A stretch of 64,000 bases of DNA from Leptospirales bacterium (GCA_040326155.1 JBEQLE010000008.1:1-64000), one strand, 5' to 3'. Positions 27,734-38,573 are shown, counted from the stretch's first letter. Made by a program: numbers and translations. The notes: generated from the sequence alone by a model not told the origin.

Positions 27734-30145
27734 CTAAGAATGAAACATTTTATGCAAAGCCGTCTTGTCAAGATCAAGGGGCTTGCCTGGTTTTATCGAG
27801 CGGTACTTCACAGTGGCCTTCAAACCAGGCAGATTTACCGACTGAAAGGAACCCATAATTTCAACACAACTTTTACGAATTTCTTTTGTAATTACAATAA
27901 AGTCATCACCCTGAACTCGAAACAAAAGAGAACCGGGAAAAAGAGAACCGAGCTCACCTGCAATTTGAACAAGAAGTACATCACCCTGCTCCCAGCCATG
28001 CTTATCATTATAATCGGAAAACCGGTTAATACTGATAAAGATAATTGTGTTATAAAAATTCATCCTTTCGGTATCCTGAATAAGAACATTAAAGTAGTCT
28101 TCATTATGAAGCTCAGTCAACCGATCTGAGAAAAAATATGAAAATCGTTTTTTCTCAAGTTCAGAAGCCGGAAACTGGCTTTCAATTACAGGAACCTGAA
28201 TATTGGCAAGAGTTTTTACCGCCGCAGCTACCACATCAGGGTGAAACTGAGAACCCGAGTTTCGTTGAATTTCTTCAATAGCAGCGTCCCGGTTGAGTTT
28301 ATCGTGGTATACCCGGTCTGTGGTCATCGCGTCAAAAGCATCGGCGACAATAAGTATTCTGGCCAGAGGGGGAATTTCATTCCCACGAACACCGGAAGGG
28401 TACCCGTTTCCATTATGCCATTCATGGTGGTAACGAATAATCTCAGCAAGCTCTTTATACATTTTAATTTTACTTAAAACATCATAACCGGACTCAACAT
28501 GCAGCTTAATTAAATCATATTCAAGTTTGGAGAGCTTACCGGGGCGCAGTAAAATCGAATCAGGTGTTGCCACCTTACCAATATCATGTAAAATAGAAGC
28601 CTTCTGCAACTTGTCAATATCGCTCGCTTTCACGCCCATCGCAGAAGCAATTAAAGCGCAATAACCGGCAACACGAACAGAGTGACCGGCAGTATAGGAG
28701 TCTCGCTCCTCTATCATATGAACAAAAGAAAGAATAGTCTCTTCAAAATTTCGAATCTTTTCAGCTTTTAAGCGGGTAACGTCCTTTTGTCTTGTGTAGG
28801 CGTCTATGGCAAAACCGAGATCACCGGCGAGTTCCTCAAGCATAACCACCTCTTCAGGCTGGAACGGCTCAGAGCGAAATGTATACACAAGCAAAGCGCC
28901 AAAAGGTTTATTATGAGAATGGGAACGAAGTGGAATAGAACATAGAGATTGATACCCCGACTCTAAGCCTAAATCCCTCCAGGGGTTCATCTGCTCTTCT
29001 CTGTTAATATCATTTATTAAAACAATTCCATCCTCTCGAATCGAGCGTACAGCAGGATGAGCAGAAAGGGGGCTTTTTGTATCTAACGAAACCTCGGTTC
29101 GAGCGACAATATTAAAAGTATCTTCAGAGTGATAATGGTTCAATTTATTACTCTGGCCCTTCATAATAGCCAACCAACATAAACTGTAGTGAGAGTGGGC
29201 GGCTAGAATATCACACACATGTGACAACAAAGAATCGACGGACTGGTAAGTAATAATTTCCTTATTTACCTTTGTTACCGTACTCATAATTTCGCGCAGG
29301 TATTTCTCCTTCTCAAACAAGAGTTTAATCTTGCTGGTTCGGTCTTTCACACGCTGTTCCAGATTTTTGTTAACGGCAAGCACCTCTTCTCGCCCTTTTC
29401 GAATAACAGAAAACAATATCCAGGTAATAAAAGCGACTAATAAAGTAATAAATAAAATTGCAATCTCAACGTAATTCGAATTGGCGTTTATAAACGCTTC
29501 TTTTTCACGAAAATCTTGAATAGGCACAGTAATACGAATGCCCCCCCGCTGGTCCCCGGGTTTTGAGGAAGGATGACAACTGACACAAGACTCTTCGGTC
29601 TTTAAAACACCCAGAAAATAGAGAGAGTTTGGTTTCTCCGGTGGAAATTCAAAATAGTATTTTTTTTCCTTTCGACTTTCAAGATAAGTTAAAGCCCGTT
29701 TTTCAAATTCATCAGGTTTATTCACAGGGTTTAACGGAGTAAGACTGGTAATTTTATAATAATGATCATCGTCGTCCTGAACATTCATCTTCATTTCAAA
29801 AATCTGCCGGGTCATAAAAGCAGGGTTCATTAAAATCAGAGTTTCCCCATTCGCGGCTTTCAGAGTATTATTTCTAAGATAAGGATTAGGTTCCAGCCCC
29901 GGACGCTGTTTAACATAAACTCCCTTGTGGGACGCAGCCCAGGAGCGGACAAGTACAACGGTATCAAAAAGAGATATCGCCTCTTTTTTAAGTGTATCCC
30001 GGGAAAGTTCAATTTGACCGAGACTTAAACGGCGAATAGTCAACAGGGTAAAACCAAGCAAAACAAACGCTAAAATAATTACCCAGATTGCATATTTTTT
30101 GTGTGAACTATTTAAAAGCATTATCTTCACATGTAAACCTATCAC
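27734..30145 (-). CDS. Membrane HD-GYP phosphodiesterase with heme-c (DUF3365/Tll0287-like) sensor, GAF and degenerate GGDEF domains
   Basis: TM; NPAFMTRQ, PLNPVNKPDEFE and CVSCH; TM; GAF-like region; YTAGHS..V, LHDIGK, HHEWHNGNGYP; C-terminal D.LT.L.N...GWEQGD...RVQGDDF. Confidence 0.88.
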   Translation of the reverse strand: MIGLHVKIMLLNSSHKKYAIWVIILAFVLLGFTLLTIRRLSLGQIELSRDTLKKEAISLFDTVVLVRSWAASHKGVYVKQRPGLEPNPYLRNNTLKAANGETLILMNPAFMTRQIFEMKMNVQDDDDHYYKITSLTPLNPVNKPDEFEKRALTYLESRKEKKYYFEFPPEKPNSLYFLGVLKTEESCVSCHPSSKPGDQRGGIRITVPIQDFREKEAFINANSNYVEIAILFITLLVAFITWILFSVIRKGREEVLAVNKNLEQRVKDRTSKIKLLFEKEKYLREIMSTVTKVNKEIITYQSVDSLLSHVCDILAAHSHYSLCWLAIMKGQSNKLNHYHSEDTFNIVARTEVSLDTKSPLSAHPAVRSIREDGIVLINDINREEQMNPWRDLGLESGYQSLCSIPLRSHSHNKPFGALLVYTFRSEPFQPEEVVMLEELAGDLGFAIDAYTRQKDVTRLKAEKIRNFEETILSFVHMIEERDSYTAGHSVRVAGYCALIASAMGVKASDIDKLQKASILHDIGKVATPDSILLRPGKLSKLEYDLIKLHVESGYDVLSKIKMYKELAEIIRYHHEWHNGNGYPSGVRGNEIPPLARILIVADAFDAMTTDRVYHDKLNRDAAIEEIQRNSGSQFHPDVVAAAVKTLANIQVPVIESQFPASELEKKRFSYFFSDRLTELHNEDYFNVLIQDTERMNFYNTIIFISINRFSDYNDKHGWEQGDVLLVQIAGELGSLFPGSLLFRVQGDDFIVITKEIRKSCVEIMGSFQSVNLPGLKATVKYRSIKPGKPLDLDKTALHKMFHS

Positions 30146-30319
30146 GACTCTTCAGTATATAAGATAATAAACATTTATAATTAAATCTTCCTTATATAGT
30201 TATCTACGTATATAATACATCACAACATAAGAGTAGCTTACAAGACAATAGAGATCCCTCATAGGTCAATCAAAAAACAGAGATTAAACCAGAGCTACCC
30301 CTTTTGTATCAACCAGGCT

Positions 30320-30363
30320 GCTGTGGTTGTGTCACTTCGTTCGACGATCGTTTCAAGTTATTT
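30320..30363 (+). repeat. Repeat family A, partial copy 3
   Basis: GTGTCACTTCGTTCGACGATCGTTTCAAGTTATTT vs GTGTCGCTTCGTTCGACGTTCGTTTAAAGTTATTT in copy 2. Confidence 0.6.
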
Positions 30364-32445
30364 CAATTCAAACTGAGAATTGGCGGCAGGGCTAATTTGA
30401 ACTGTTTCTTTATTTTTTCGTTTTTCAGCAACTACGGACCAGTAAATATTACCAGGTTTTAATTTTTCGTTACTCTTCAGTTTATACGAAAGTTTCTTCA
30501 CAGACGCTTTCTTAATTAGAATTTTTTTCTTGTTACGAATTGAGTACACACTAATCGTATAATAATTTGCTGAAGAGACCTCTGCCCACGAAAATTGGAT
30601 TTTCCCGTCTTCTACAAGCTGAACCACCGAGTCTTGCGCCGGGGTAAGTTTTATCGGAGAAGACAAAGCCTTTCTAACATAATACACGCTTATTATTTTA
30701 CTTTTTACTTTAGGTTTATCTGAACCCTTGTAAAACGCTTTCACCCGCCAGTAATACTTTCCGTAGGGAATTTTCCTTTCGAGTTTAAAGTTTGATTTTT
30801 GAAGACGCCGGGTTATTATTGGTTTCTTGAGTTTAGATGAAGACGAAAGAATAAATTCATAACTAAAACCTTCTCCAAGGTCGAACCAGGCAAACCTGAG
30901 CGATTTCTCAGAAACAGCGCTTTCAAAAATATAGTGATTACCGGGACGCTTCAGCTCCAGAGAGTCGATCATTTTTACCTCGAACAATCGCGGCTTCGAC
31001 GCTTCAGAAGAAGAAGATTTACTGAAAACGGAGACAACGCTCCAATAGTATTTTCCGGCTTTCAGTTTTTTCGAAACAGGTAAACTTGTCTTATCTGTTA
31101 CTTTCGAAAAGACACTGGTTTTTTTCCCTGGGTTTGAATAAATCGTAACCCGGTAGTGACCTGCACCGGGAACCACCTTCCAGCGCAAGAAAGCCTTCTC
31201 TCTTTTTATAGAAACTTCATGAAAAATCTCCCCTTTTTTTGTTATAATTTTAGGAGAGGCGGCATTTTTTCGTTTTTTCAACTGAAAAGTGTGAACTGGA
31301 TATTTCACCATTTGAGCAGCCTGTATTCCATTCGGAAATTTACAGCGAACGCTCCAATAATACGTTCCGGCGCCGGGAAAACTCGCCGAAAAAGAGCGTG
31401 CATCAACAGTAAATTTCTCTTTAAATTCACCATTTAAATCGGCCTTGTCCGAAACAATAAGTGTGCTGGAACCGCATTTTTTTGAAATTTTCCAGGTGAA
31501 TTGTGTCTTAGGACTCTTTCCATGAAAATCTATTATGGCATTTTGAGAGGGAACAATAAGGTCGGGTTCTTGAATACGAACGACTTGAACCATACGGGTT
31601 TCAGAAATAAATTTCTTCTTCCCGTTTTTACCGGTAACTTTCCAGTACCAGGAGCCGGGTTCAAGAGGTACAATTCGTGAAACCGTTTTACCGACAGCAA
31701 TAGTTTTACGATTTTTAAAAGAAGGATTATCGGCTAAGACAAAATTCCCACCGCTGTAACCTTTGGGAGCCTTCCATGTAAATGTAAGGCTAGTCTGTGC
31801 AGTCGATGTAAGTACAACACGGCTGTCTTTGGGTTTTTTCAATAAAATTTCAATTTTAACTATTTTCTTTTTTTTGTTCTTATCGGTGGTTAATTTTTCA
31901 CCTTTTTTCACTCTCTCTTCTTTACCCGATTCGTCAATAAAACGAACTGAACCTTTTTTAACAGAGACTTCGGTATCGCCATTCTCGGTTACCGCAACCG
32001 AAGCGTCGGCTTCACCCACATCAAACGCCTCTCCCTTGTCAGTCATAAGGTACGCTTTTTCACCTTTTACCCCGGTGGTTTTTACGCGACCCGATTTTAT
32101 TTTCAAAGCTGCGGTATCATCATAATTTTCTACAATGATCATTGAGTTGGGAGAAAGTTCAAACTCAACGCCGTTATTCAACGTCAATTTTGCATCGGAA
32201 CTTTCTTTTGTTAATATGGAATCTTTAGAATATACATCCTCGTTTTTATCGATATCCTCCCAGACAACGCGTTCCTCGTATTTTCGCAACACCTGAAATC
32301 GTTTAAAAGAAAGTTTTCCAATAGACTCGCTATCACTACCCCTTTGAATTTTTTTTGTAAGGTGCAGGTATAAACCCGTAGAGAGCATACTCACCAAAAG
32401 CAGACTCGATATTAAAACAATTTTGTCCGGTCGTTCCAGCTTCAT
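30358..32445 (-). CDS. FecR-like domain protein with repeated Ig/FN3-like modules
   Basis: N-terminal TM; FecR-like DSILTKESSDAKLTL...LSPNSMI...VSVKKGSV; several G.YYW.V modules; overlaps the cyclase stop codon (ATGA). Confidence 0.8.
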   Translation of the reverse strand: MKLERPDKIVLISSLLLVSMLSTGLYLHLTKKIQRGSDSESIGKLSFKRFQVLRKYEERVVWEDIDKNEDVYSKDSILTKESSDAKLTLNNGVEFELSPNSMIIVENYDDTAALKIKSGRVKTTGVKGEKAYLMTDKGEAFDVGEADASVAVTENGDTEVSVKKGSVRFIDESGKEERVKKGEKLTTDKNKKKKIVKIEILLKKPKDSRVVLTSTAQTSLTFTWKAPKGYSGGNFVLADNPSFKNRKTIAVGKTVSRIVPLEPGSWYWKVTGKNGKKKFISETRMVQVVRIQEPDLIVPSQNAIIDFHGKSPKTQFTWKISKKCGSSTLIVSDKADLNGEFKEKFTVDARSFSASFPGAGTYYWSVRCKFPNGIQAAQMVKYPVHTFQLKKRKNAASPKIITKKGEIFHEVSIKREKAFLRWKVVPGAGHYRVTIYSNPGKKTSVFSKVTDKTSLPVSKKLKAGKYYWSVVSVFSKSSSSEASKPRLFEVKMIDSLELKRPGNHYIFESAVSEKSLRFAWFDLGEGFSYEFILSSSSKLKKPIITRRLQKSNFKLERKIPYGKYYWRVKAFYKGSDKPKVKSKIISVYYVRKALSSPIKLTPAQDSVVQLVEDGKIQFSWAEVSSANYYTISVYSIRNKKKILIKKASVKKLSYKLKSNEKLKPGNIYWSVVAEKRKNKETVQISPAANSQFELK

Positions 32446-34337
32446 TTTGGGTCATCCAGAATTTCGTATTTGACCTCTCCTTCATCCGCTACGGGGTTTG
32501 CCGGTCCTTTAAAATCAATACCAACCATGGCTCGCATTTCCTCTATATTTTTCGGAGCATCGGGGTCTCCTTTATTACCAAGCACGGCGTAAATTTGCTG
32601 GGGATCCGATTTTCCTTTTACTTTAATTTTTTGCATAGCCACACAATCAAAAAGGTTTTCGACTCTGGAAAAAGTTTCCTGAGAAATAAGAATATCGGTT
32701 CCAAAGGGTTTGTTCAAAGCCTCAATACGAGAAGCAAGGTTTACGGCGTCCCCGATTACGGTATACTCCAGACGATCATTAGAACCAATTTGCCCTGCAA
32801 TAACCGGTCCACTGTTAATTCCCGAACCAATTTTAATAATAGGTTTTTTAGGAGCACCCCTTCCTACATTAAACTTAATTAGGGCCAGACGCATCATAAG
32901 AGTTCCGTTAATGGCATTTTCTTCATCGTTGCCTCTGCTAACGGGAGTTCCCCATACCGCCATAATGGCATCGCCAATAAATTTATCAACAACTCCATGG
33001 GTTTTAGTTATACATTCGAGCATAACCGTCATATATTCATTTAAAAATTCAACGACCTCTTCTGGTTCCAGAGTTTCCGAAATATTTGTAAAAGAACGTA
33101 TATCCGAAAAAAAGATGGTCGCTTGCGCACGCTCTCCACCCAGTTTAATTTCACCACGCATCGCTTGTTCGGCGATTTCAGGGTTCACAAATTTATTCAA
33201 TGCCCCTTTTAACTTTTCTCTTTCTTCGAGACCGGTACTCATAAGATTAAAGGCTTCCGTTAAATGACCCACTTCATCCCGAGATGTAGAGGTTAGCTCA
33301 TGATGGTAATTCCCTTTTTGAATTTCATTACTTGTCTGGACTAAACGCTTCAAAGGCACGGACAAAGACTTAGCGAAAAAATAGATAACGGTAAAAGCAA
33401 GAACAAGAACAATAAGAGTAATAAAAATCGAAGCATAACGTATTTCGCGAATCGCTTCAAGGGCCTGGTACTGGGAGACTTCAGCAATCACCATCAGGTT
33501 TCCAGTAGGAATTCGGTTAAAGGCCCCGTAAAACCACTCATCGGTATCATTCTGGTACATTAGAGTTCCAGCGTTCGCGGTCTGTGAAAGTATACTTTTT
33601 ACTTCAGAGCGCTCCGCTAAATTGCCTTCATCCAGAATAATACCTCGATCGTTTGAGGCGATCAAATTTCCGGAAGCGTCAATGAGGTGGGTTCTGGTCG
33701 AATCCGATTTTTCGCCAAAAATAGCCATAATAGAATTCATTTGTATAAGAATAACATACACCTGAGATTTTTTCCCGGCGTCCGGGACGGGAGTTACAAT
33801 AGCCATCACCGGAGTCTGAAAAAGAGCCGAAAGATTTTTTACAAGAGTAATTCCGTTAAAGCTTGCAACGAGATCTTCTTCAAGATGTTCATGAACAGAA
33901 AGTACATCGGAAATATTTATATCAGAGTCTTTAAAAAATACGGAATCATACATATCGTCGACTTTACGAGTAGAACCCGAAGATGTCTTTTCAACCAGCG
34001 ACGTATAAAAAACCTCTTTTTCGTCACTGAAAAAACGAGATACCAGCGCCGCTTTACCGGCACGAAAATCTTTTTTCGTAGAATACATAAGATCTACTTC
34101 ATTTATTTGACTGTCTAAAGAGATTTGAATTCGCTCAGCCAGCAATTTCGCAGTAGCCGTTTTTTCTGCGAAAACTTTATTTTCCGTATCTGTCTCAAAA
34201 TAGTTCAATGCAAACATGGTTGTGGCCGTCAAGCTCGCAACTACGATTAAAGAGATAATCGACTGTAATTTAACCCGAATTGGAAATTTCGGGGATCTGT
34301 TTTCAATAGATTCGTTACCGGATTCTTGAGCCGTCAT
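32442..34337 (-). CDS. Membrane class III adenylate/guanylate cyclase (Cache-like sensor + HAMP)
   Basis: AGGAG before MTAQES; two TMs, HAMP (DEVGHLTEAFNLM), FFSDIRSFT, DKFIGDAIMA, YTVIGDAVNLASRIE. Confidence 0.93.
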   Translation of the reverse strand: MTAQESGNESIENRSPKFPIRVKLQSIISLIVVASLTATTMFALNYFETDTENKVFAEKTATAKLLAERIQISLDSQINEVDLMYSTKKDFRAGKAALVSRFFSDEKEVFYTSLVEKTSSGSTRKVDDMYDSVFFKDSDINISDVLSVHEHLEEDLVASFNGITLVKNLSALFQTPVMAIVTPVPDAGKKSQVYVILIQMNSIMAIFGEKSDSTRTHLIDASGNLIASNDRGIILDEGNLAERSEVKSILSQTANAGTLMYQNDTDEWFYGAFNRIPTGNLMVIAEVSQYQALEAIREIRYASIFITLIVLVLAFTVIYFFAKSLSVPLKRLVQTSNEIQKGNYHHELTSTSRDEVGHLTEAFNLMSTGLEEREKLKGALNKFVNPEIAEQAMRGEIKLGGERAQATIFFSDIRSFTNISETLEPEEVVEFLNEYMTVMLECITKTHGVVDKFIGDAIMAVWGTPVSRGNDEENAINGTLMMRLALIKFNVGRGAPKKPIIKIGSGINSGPVIAGQIGSNDRLEYTVIGDAVNLASRIEALNKPFGTDILISQETFSRVENLFDCVAMQKIKVKGKSDPQQIYAVLGNKGDPDAPKNIEEMRAMVGIDFKGPANPVADEGEVKYEILDDPK

Positions 34338-34443
34338 AAATACTCCTGTTAATGCATTATAATTGGATAATAAAATATAAAATCCAGCTGTAAAGCCCAT
34401 TGTCAAGTGGGTTTTTACCGGAATTTAAATAATCAAAAACAAG

Positions 34444-37062
34444 CTACGTTAAAAGAGCGTCCGTTATAATTTCAACGAGAGACGGTCCCTTCACTTTCAG
34501 AGCTATTTCTATGGTTTTCGCAAGTTCATCTGGTTTTTCAACTCGATAGCCTTTAGCGCCGCAAAGGTTCGCATAATCGGCAAAACGAGGATTATGCAGA
34601 TCGGTTTGCCAGACATCAAGTTGAGCGGCTCTTTGCTCTTTTGAAATTTTACCAAGCTCATTGTTATTCAGTAAAATATGAGTAATGTCCATGTTATACT
34701 TTACCGCAGTGGTTAGCTCACCCATGTACTGGCCAAAACCACCGTCGCCGCTAATTGAAACGATTTTTCGCCCGCTATTTGCAGCCCAGGCTCCCATGGC
34801 CGCCGGAAAAGCAAAACCAATCGAGCCGAGATAACCCGACATAAGAACGCTCTGTTGATTGCACTCAAAATAACGCCCGAACGAGTAGGTATTGTTTCCA
34901 ACATCCACTGCGATGACCGCGTCTTTGAGCAAAATTTTAGAGAGCTGCGCAAAAACAACAGCCGAGTTTATTCCATTGCCGTTATCCTGAGTCTCGCGTT
35001 TACTTTTTTCAAGACGCCATAGTTCCCACTGCTGCGCAATTTCATCTTTTTGATTATGCCATTTCTTTTCGGGCAAATTCTTTTGTATTAAGTTGGCCGT
35101 AGTTTTAATATCGCCCCAGACCAACTCATCCACAGGGTGAAATTTACCCAGAGCCATTCGGTCATAGTCCACCTGAATAATTGGTTTGGACGCATCGATT
35201 CCGGTATGTTGTGAAAACGAAGCTCCAAAAACAACCAGCTGGTCTGAACGATTCATAAGCCAACTGGCAACGGGCGTTCCACTGCGTCCCAAAACTCCGG
35301 CAGCCAGCGGATGGTGATCGGAAATTTGCCCTTTGGCTTTAAAAGTCGTAATAACCGGGCAATCTAAAACCTGAGCCAGCTCTATAATTTCGCTCATCGC
35401 TTCACGCGCGCCATAACCAACAATAATTACAGGTCGTTGAGCTCTTGCAATTCGATACACGGCGTAATTCAGAGCCTGAGGCGGGGGGGTAATATCCGTC
35501 TGGCTGACTCGCCCGAGCGGTCGCCCCGGCCCCGTATCTTTCGCGTCTAAAACCTGTACTTCATCGGGCAAAATGAGATGCGAGATACTCTTTTCAATAA
35601 CAGCACTTTTTAGAGCCAACGAAGTCAGTTCGGAATATTTGCTTCCCGGCAACATTGTCTGGCTGAATGTAGATACGGCGCTGAAGGCCGAAGCAAGATC
35701 GATCTCTTGAAAAGACCCCGGACCAAGTACCTGGGTATTTACCTGACCCGTTAAAGCCAAAACCGGCGCTCTGTCCATTTTGGCGTCCCAAAGACCTGTT
35801 AACAAGTTCGTGGCGCCCGGACCCGCAATAGACAATACGGCGGCCGGTAGCCCCGTAAGTTTAGCATAACCAGAAGCAGCAAAAGAGGCGGCCCCTTCAT
35901 GACGTATCCCAAAATAACGAATTTTACCTTTTTGTTCTTGAATTCGGATGGCTTCGGCCATTCCCAGGTTGGAATGCCCCACCATTCCAAAAACAGTATT
36001 TATACCCCACTCCACCATGGTCTCTGCCACAACGTGGCTTACGGTCCATGTCGATTGAGAGGGCGATTGACTTAAAACTTCTATTTTCCCCTCGTTTTCA
36101 CGAATCTCCAATTTTTCAACTTTTAAATTATTACCGATGCCTTTTCCGTCTTTTAAGGAAAATTCGTAACCATGCCACGGGCAACGAATGGATCTGTCTG
36201 TTAAAGAGCCTTCCTGCAAAGGCCCGCCCTGGTGAGGACACGTTGCGTCAAAAGCGACGAAGCCTTCCTTACTATTTACGATTATTACTTTGGCAGAATT
36301 CACGGTTACGGTTGTTATTTCATTTTCTTTAAAGTCATTCACCTTCCCGACTTCTACCCATGTATCCACCACTTCACCGGTTTTTCGATTCGCGGCAGAT
36401 ATGGTTAAAGCTTCATCATCTTTAAAACCAACATACCAGTGGGTGCCGTCACAAAATGGTTTATTTCTCGACTTGCCACACCGGCAAAGTGCATAGTGTT
36501 CACTGCCCACTCCTTCAGGAAGTTCTTCATTTTCCAGAGCAATATTACCGCGAACGCTGTATGGCCCATCGCGCAAGACTTGAATTTCAGGCAGCTCATG
36601 AAAAGATGTCTCAATTTTTCCAGCCTCTTCATAGGCCAGAGCCCCCGAAGGGCATTTATGTATAATACCTTTTATTTCGTCCGGTGTCGCTCCGTTCGCA
36701 TCAATCCATGGTTCAACGCCGCTTCTCCAGACCGAAGGCAGACCGCTTGTACAAAACCCTGCATGGGAACATATTCCCCGGTTATCTCGAATAGTAATTT
36801 TTTCGCCCTTATAAATATCGAGTTGATCGGGTACTCTTTCAGGCTCTTTTTTATCTTGAAATTGAATCGCCCTATGGGTACCGTCGCAAAACGGTTTCGT
36901 CGCGGCAGCTCCGCAGCGACAAAGTGACATTTGTTCTTTCGTACTAATATCTTCTTCTCTGGAATTTTTAAATACTTCTAAATTGCTGACTTTAATTGAT
37001 CCATTTTCTTTAATTCGAATAGATGGTTTTTTAGAGCTGTTTTTTTCCATATGCACTAACAT
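34444..37062 (-). CDS. Fusion: CDGSH - ferredoxin-like - CDGSH - Rieske - ThDP-dependent pyruvate oxidase/ALS-like enzyme
   Basis: CRCG...PFCDGTH twice, CSHAGFC...CPSGAL, CPHQGG...CPWH, RHEGAA, GDGGF...NN; start may be MEKNSS at 37050. Confidence 0.9.
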   Translation of the reverse strand: MLVHMEKNSSKKPSIRIKENGSIKVSNLEVFKNSREEDISTKEQMSLCRCGAAATKPFCDGTHRAIQFQDKKEPERVPDQLDIYKGEKITIRDNRGICSHAGFCTSGLPSVWRSGVEPWIDANGATPDEIKGIIHKCPSGALAYEEAGKIETSFHELPEIQVLRDGPYSVRGNIALENEELPEGVGSEHYALCRCGKSRNKPFCDGTHWYVGFKDDEALTISAANRKTGEVVDTWVEVGKVNDFKENEITTVTVNSAKVIIVNSKEGFVAFDATCPHQGGPLQEGSLTDRSIRCPWHGYEFSLKDGKGIGNNLKVEKLEIRENEGKIEVLSQSPSQSTWTVSHVVAETMVEWGINTVFGMVGHSNLGMAEAIRIQEQKGKIRYFGIRHEGAASFAASGYAKLTGLPAAVLSIAGPGATNLLTGLWDAKMDRAPVLALTGQVNTQVLGPGSFQEIDLASAFSAVSTFSQTMLPGSKYSELTSLALKSAVIEKSISHLILPDEVQVLDAKDTGPGRPLGRVSQTDITPPPQALNYAVYRIARAQRPVIIVGYGAREAMSEIIELAQVLDCPVITTFKAKGQISDHHPLAAGVLGRSGTPVASWLMNRSDQLVVFGASFSQHTGIDASKPIIQVDYDRMALGKFHPVDELVWGDIKTTANLIQKNLPEKKWHNQKDEIAQQWELWRLEKSKRETQDNGNGINSAVVFAQLSKILLKDAVIAVDVGNNTYSFGRYFECNQQSVLMSGYLGSIGFAFPAAMGAWAANSGRKIVSISGDGGFGQYMGELTTAVKYNMDITHILLNNNELGKISKEQRAAQLDVWQTDLHNPRFADYANLCGAKGYRVEKPDELAKTIEIALKVKGPSLVEIITDALLT

Positions 37063-37619
37063 GAAATATTACGAACAATGTCAAGTGCAGTTAGATAATT
37101 CTTCATTTTGTGAATAAAATTTATTTGCTTTATCACCTTTTTGCTTCGATCAAAGTAGCGGGGTCCAAAATATTTAAAACACTAAATTTTTTATTTTGTT
37201 GTAAGATTTAACCGCCTTTTTATACTAACTGTAATAAGTAATAAAAATGACCTTCCTGCTCAATAATCCACTTTAAAAAGGATTCAATTATGGATACAAC
37301 GGAAAAAAACGGAGAAACCTCTGCCTCATTAACGGGTATAGCTTTGCCTGAAATTAACTTGAGAACACAAGACGATGCGATGGTTGATTTAAAAGCTGCT
37401 AAAACATTAAAATCTAATTCATAAAAAAATAAGAATCCATATATTATACCATTAAATTTCATTATCTAAATAAAATTCATCCTTGACAATGAAACGATTA
37501 TGTGTATCTAATTATTTAGTTATTGCCAATCGTACGTTTTAACAGGATATGGTAGTAAAATCGAACTATATTTAACATGATTCTTAAATCGGTGATATGG
37601 TTACCAAAAGGATGGAAAA

Positions 37620-37829
37620 TTGGCAAAACAGAACTATAAATATGAAAAACGTCAGAAAGATATTGCTAAAAAGAAAAAAAAAGATGAGAAACGGCAAAGA
37701 AAATTAAGTAAAGCTTCAGACGCTGGTGATGAAAATCCGGAGACCGATGGTGAATCGGAAGCGGTAAGCGAAAATGTTGAGAACAGCGCCCAAACTAATG
37801 TAACTACAAGTGACAGTAGCGAATCATAA
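37620..37829 (+). CDS. Small Lys-rich protein with acidic tail
   Basis: MAKQNYKYEKRQKDIAKKKKKDEKRQRK; GGA-type SD; TTG start. Confidence 0.7.
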   Translation: MAKQNYKYEKRQKDIAKKKKKDEKRQRKLSKASDAGDENPETDGESEAVSENVENSAQTNVTTSDSSES

Positions 37830-37923
37830 AACCCGCCACAATCGCTCCGTAATTTAAGCAACTCACGACGTTTATCGACAAGCATTACCAATATGCCTTC
37901 GTCGCGCCATTTCATTTATATGA

Positions 37924-37944
37924 GCCCGCCGGTAGTCGGCGGGC
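37924..37944. terminator. GC hairpin between convergent genes
   Basis: GCCCGCCG-gtagt-CGGCGGGC. Confidence 0.5.
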
Positions 37945-37961
37945 ATTCAGTTTAAAGTGAT

Positions 37962-38573
37962 TTATTTATTTTTTGTTTTTACAACAATGCCGGCTAAAAG
38001 CTCTTCAAAATCTTCAAAGTACTTATCAAATAAATCGGCGCTGGTATAAGTGATAATCTGGAAAACACCTTCGGGACCAGACCAATATGCACTGTGGTAT
38101 ACAAATTTAATTCCTTCAATTGTTCCCTTGATATCCATAACCAGAACATTTTCACCATTTATTTGGGTTATTTCATCATAGGTTACTCTTGCATCCTTAG
38201 CTACCTTCTTGGCATTCGTCAGGGCTGTGGTTTTCAGTACATCAAGTTCCATTTCAATTTTCTCAATGATCATCACAGAATAACCCCCGCCGGACTGGTG
38301 TATCATGCTGAACTCAGCCGCACCATTTAAGGGCTTTTCCGTTTCTTTCCATTTATTGGAATCATACCATATCTCTACAAATTTCTTTTTACTCTTTAAT
38401 ACCTTTTTCGCAGTACTCGGTTTATTCAATACCGGCATATACTCCCAAGTATTATCTTCATTTAGAGTAACTGGCTGTCCATCTGATGTTTCAGCCCCCA
38501 TTGGAAAATCGGCTGCGTACACGCCCCCGATTAGAGTCAATAGCGCTGTAGTCATAATAATAAATCGTTTCAT
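37962..38573 (-). CDS. Secreted hypothetical protein (DUF3157-like N-terminal motif)
   Basis: GGAGG SD, signal peptide, TSDGQPVTLNEDNTWEY motif. Confidence 0.8.
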   Translation of the reverse strand: MKRFIIMTTALLTLIGGVYAADFPMGAETSDGQPVTLNEDNTWEYMPVLNKPSTAKKVLKSKKKFVEIWYDSNKWKETEKPLNGAAEFSMIHQSGGGYSVMIIEKIEMELDVLKTTALTNAKKVAKDARVTYDEITQINGENVLVMDIKGTIEGIKFVYHSAYWSGPEGVFQIITYTSADLFDKYFEDFEELLAGIVVKTKNK

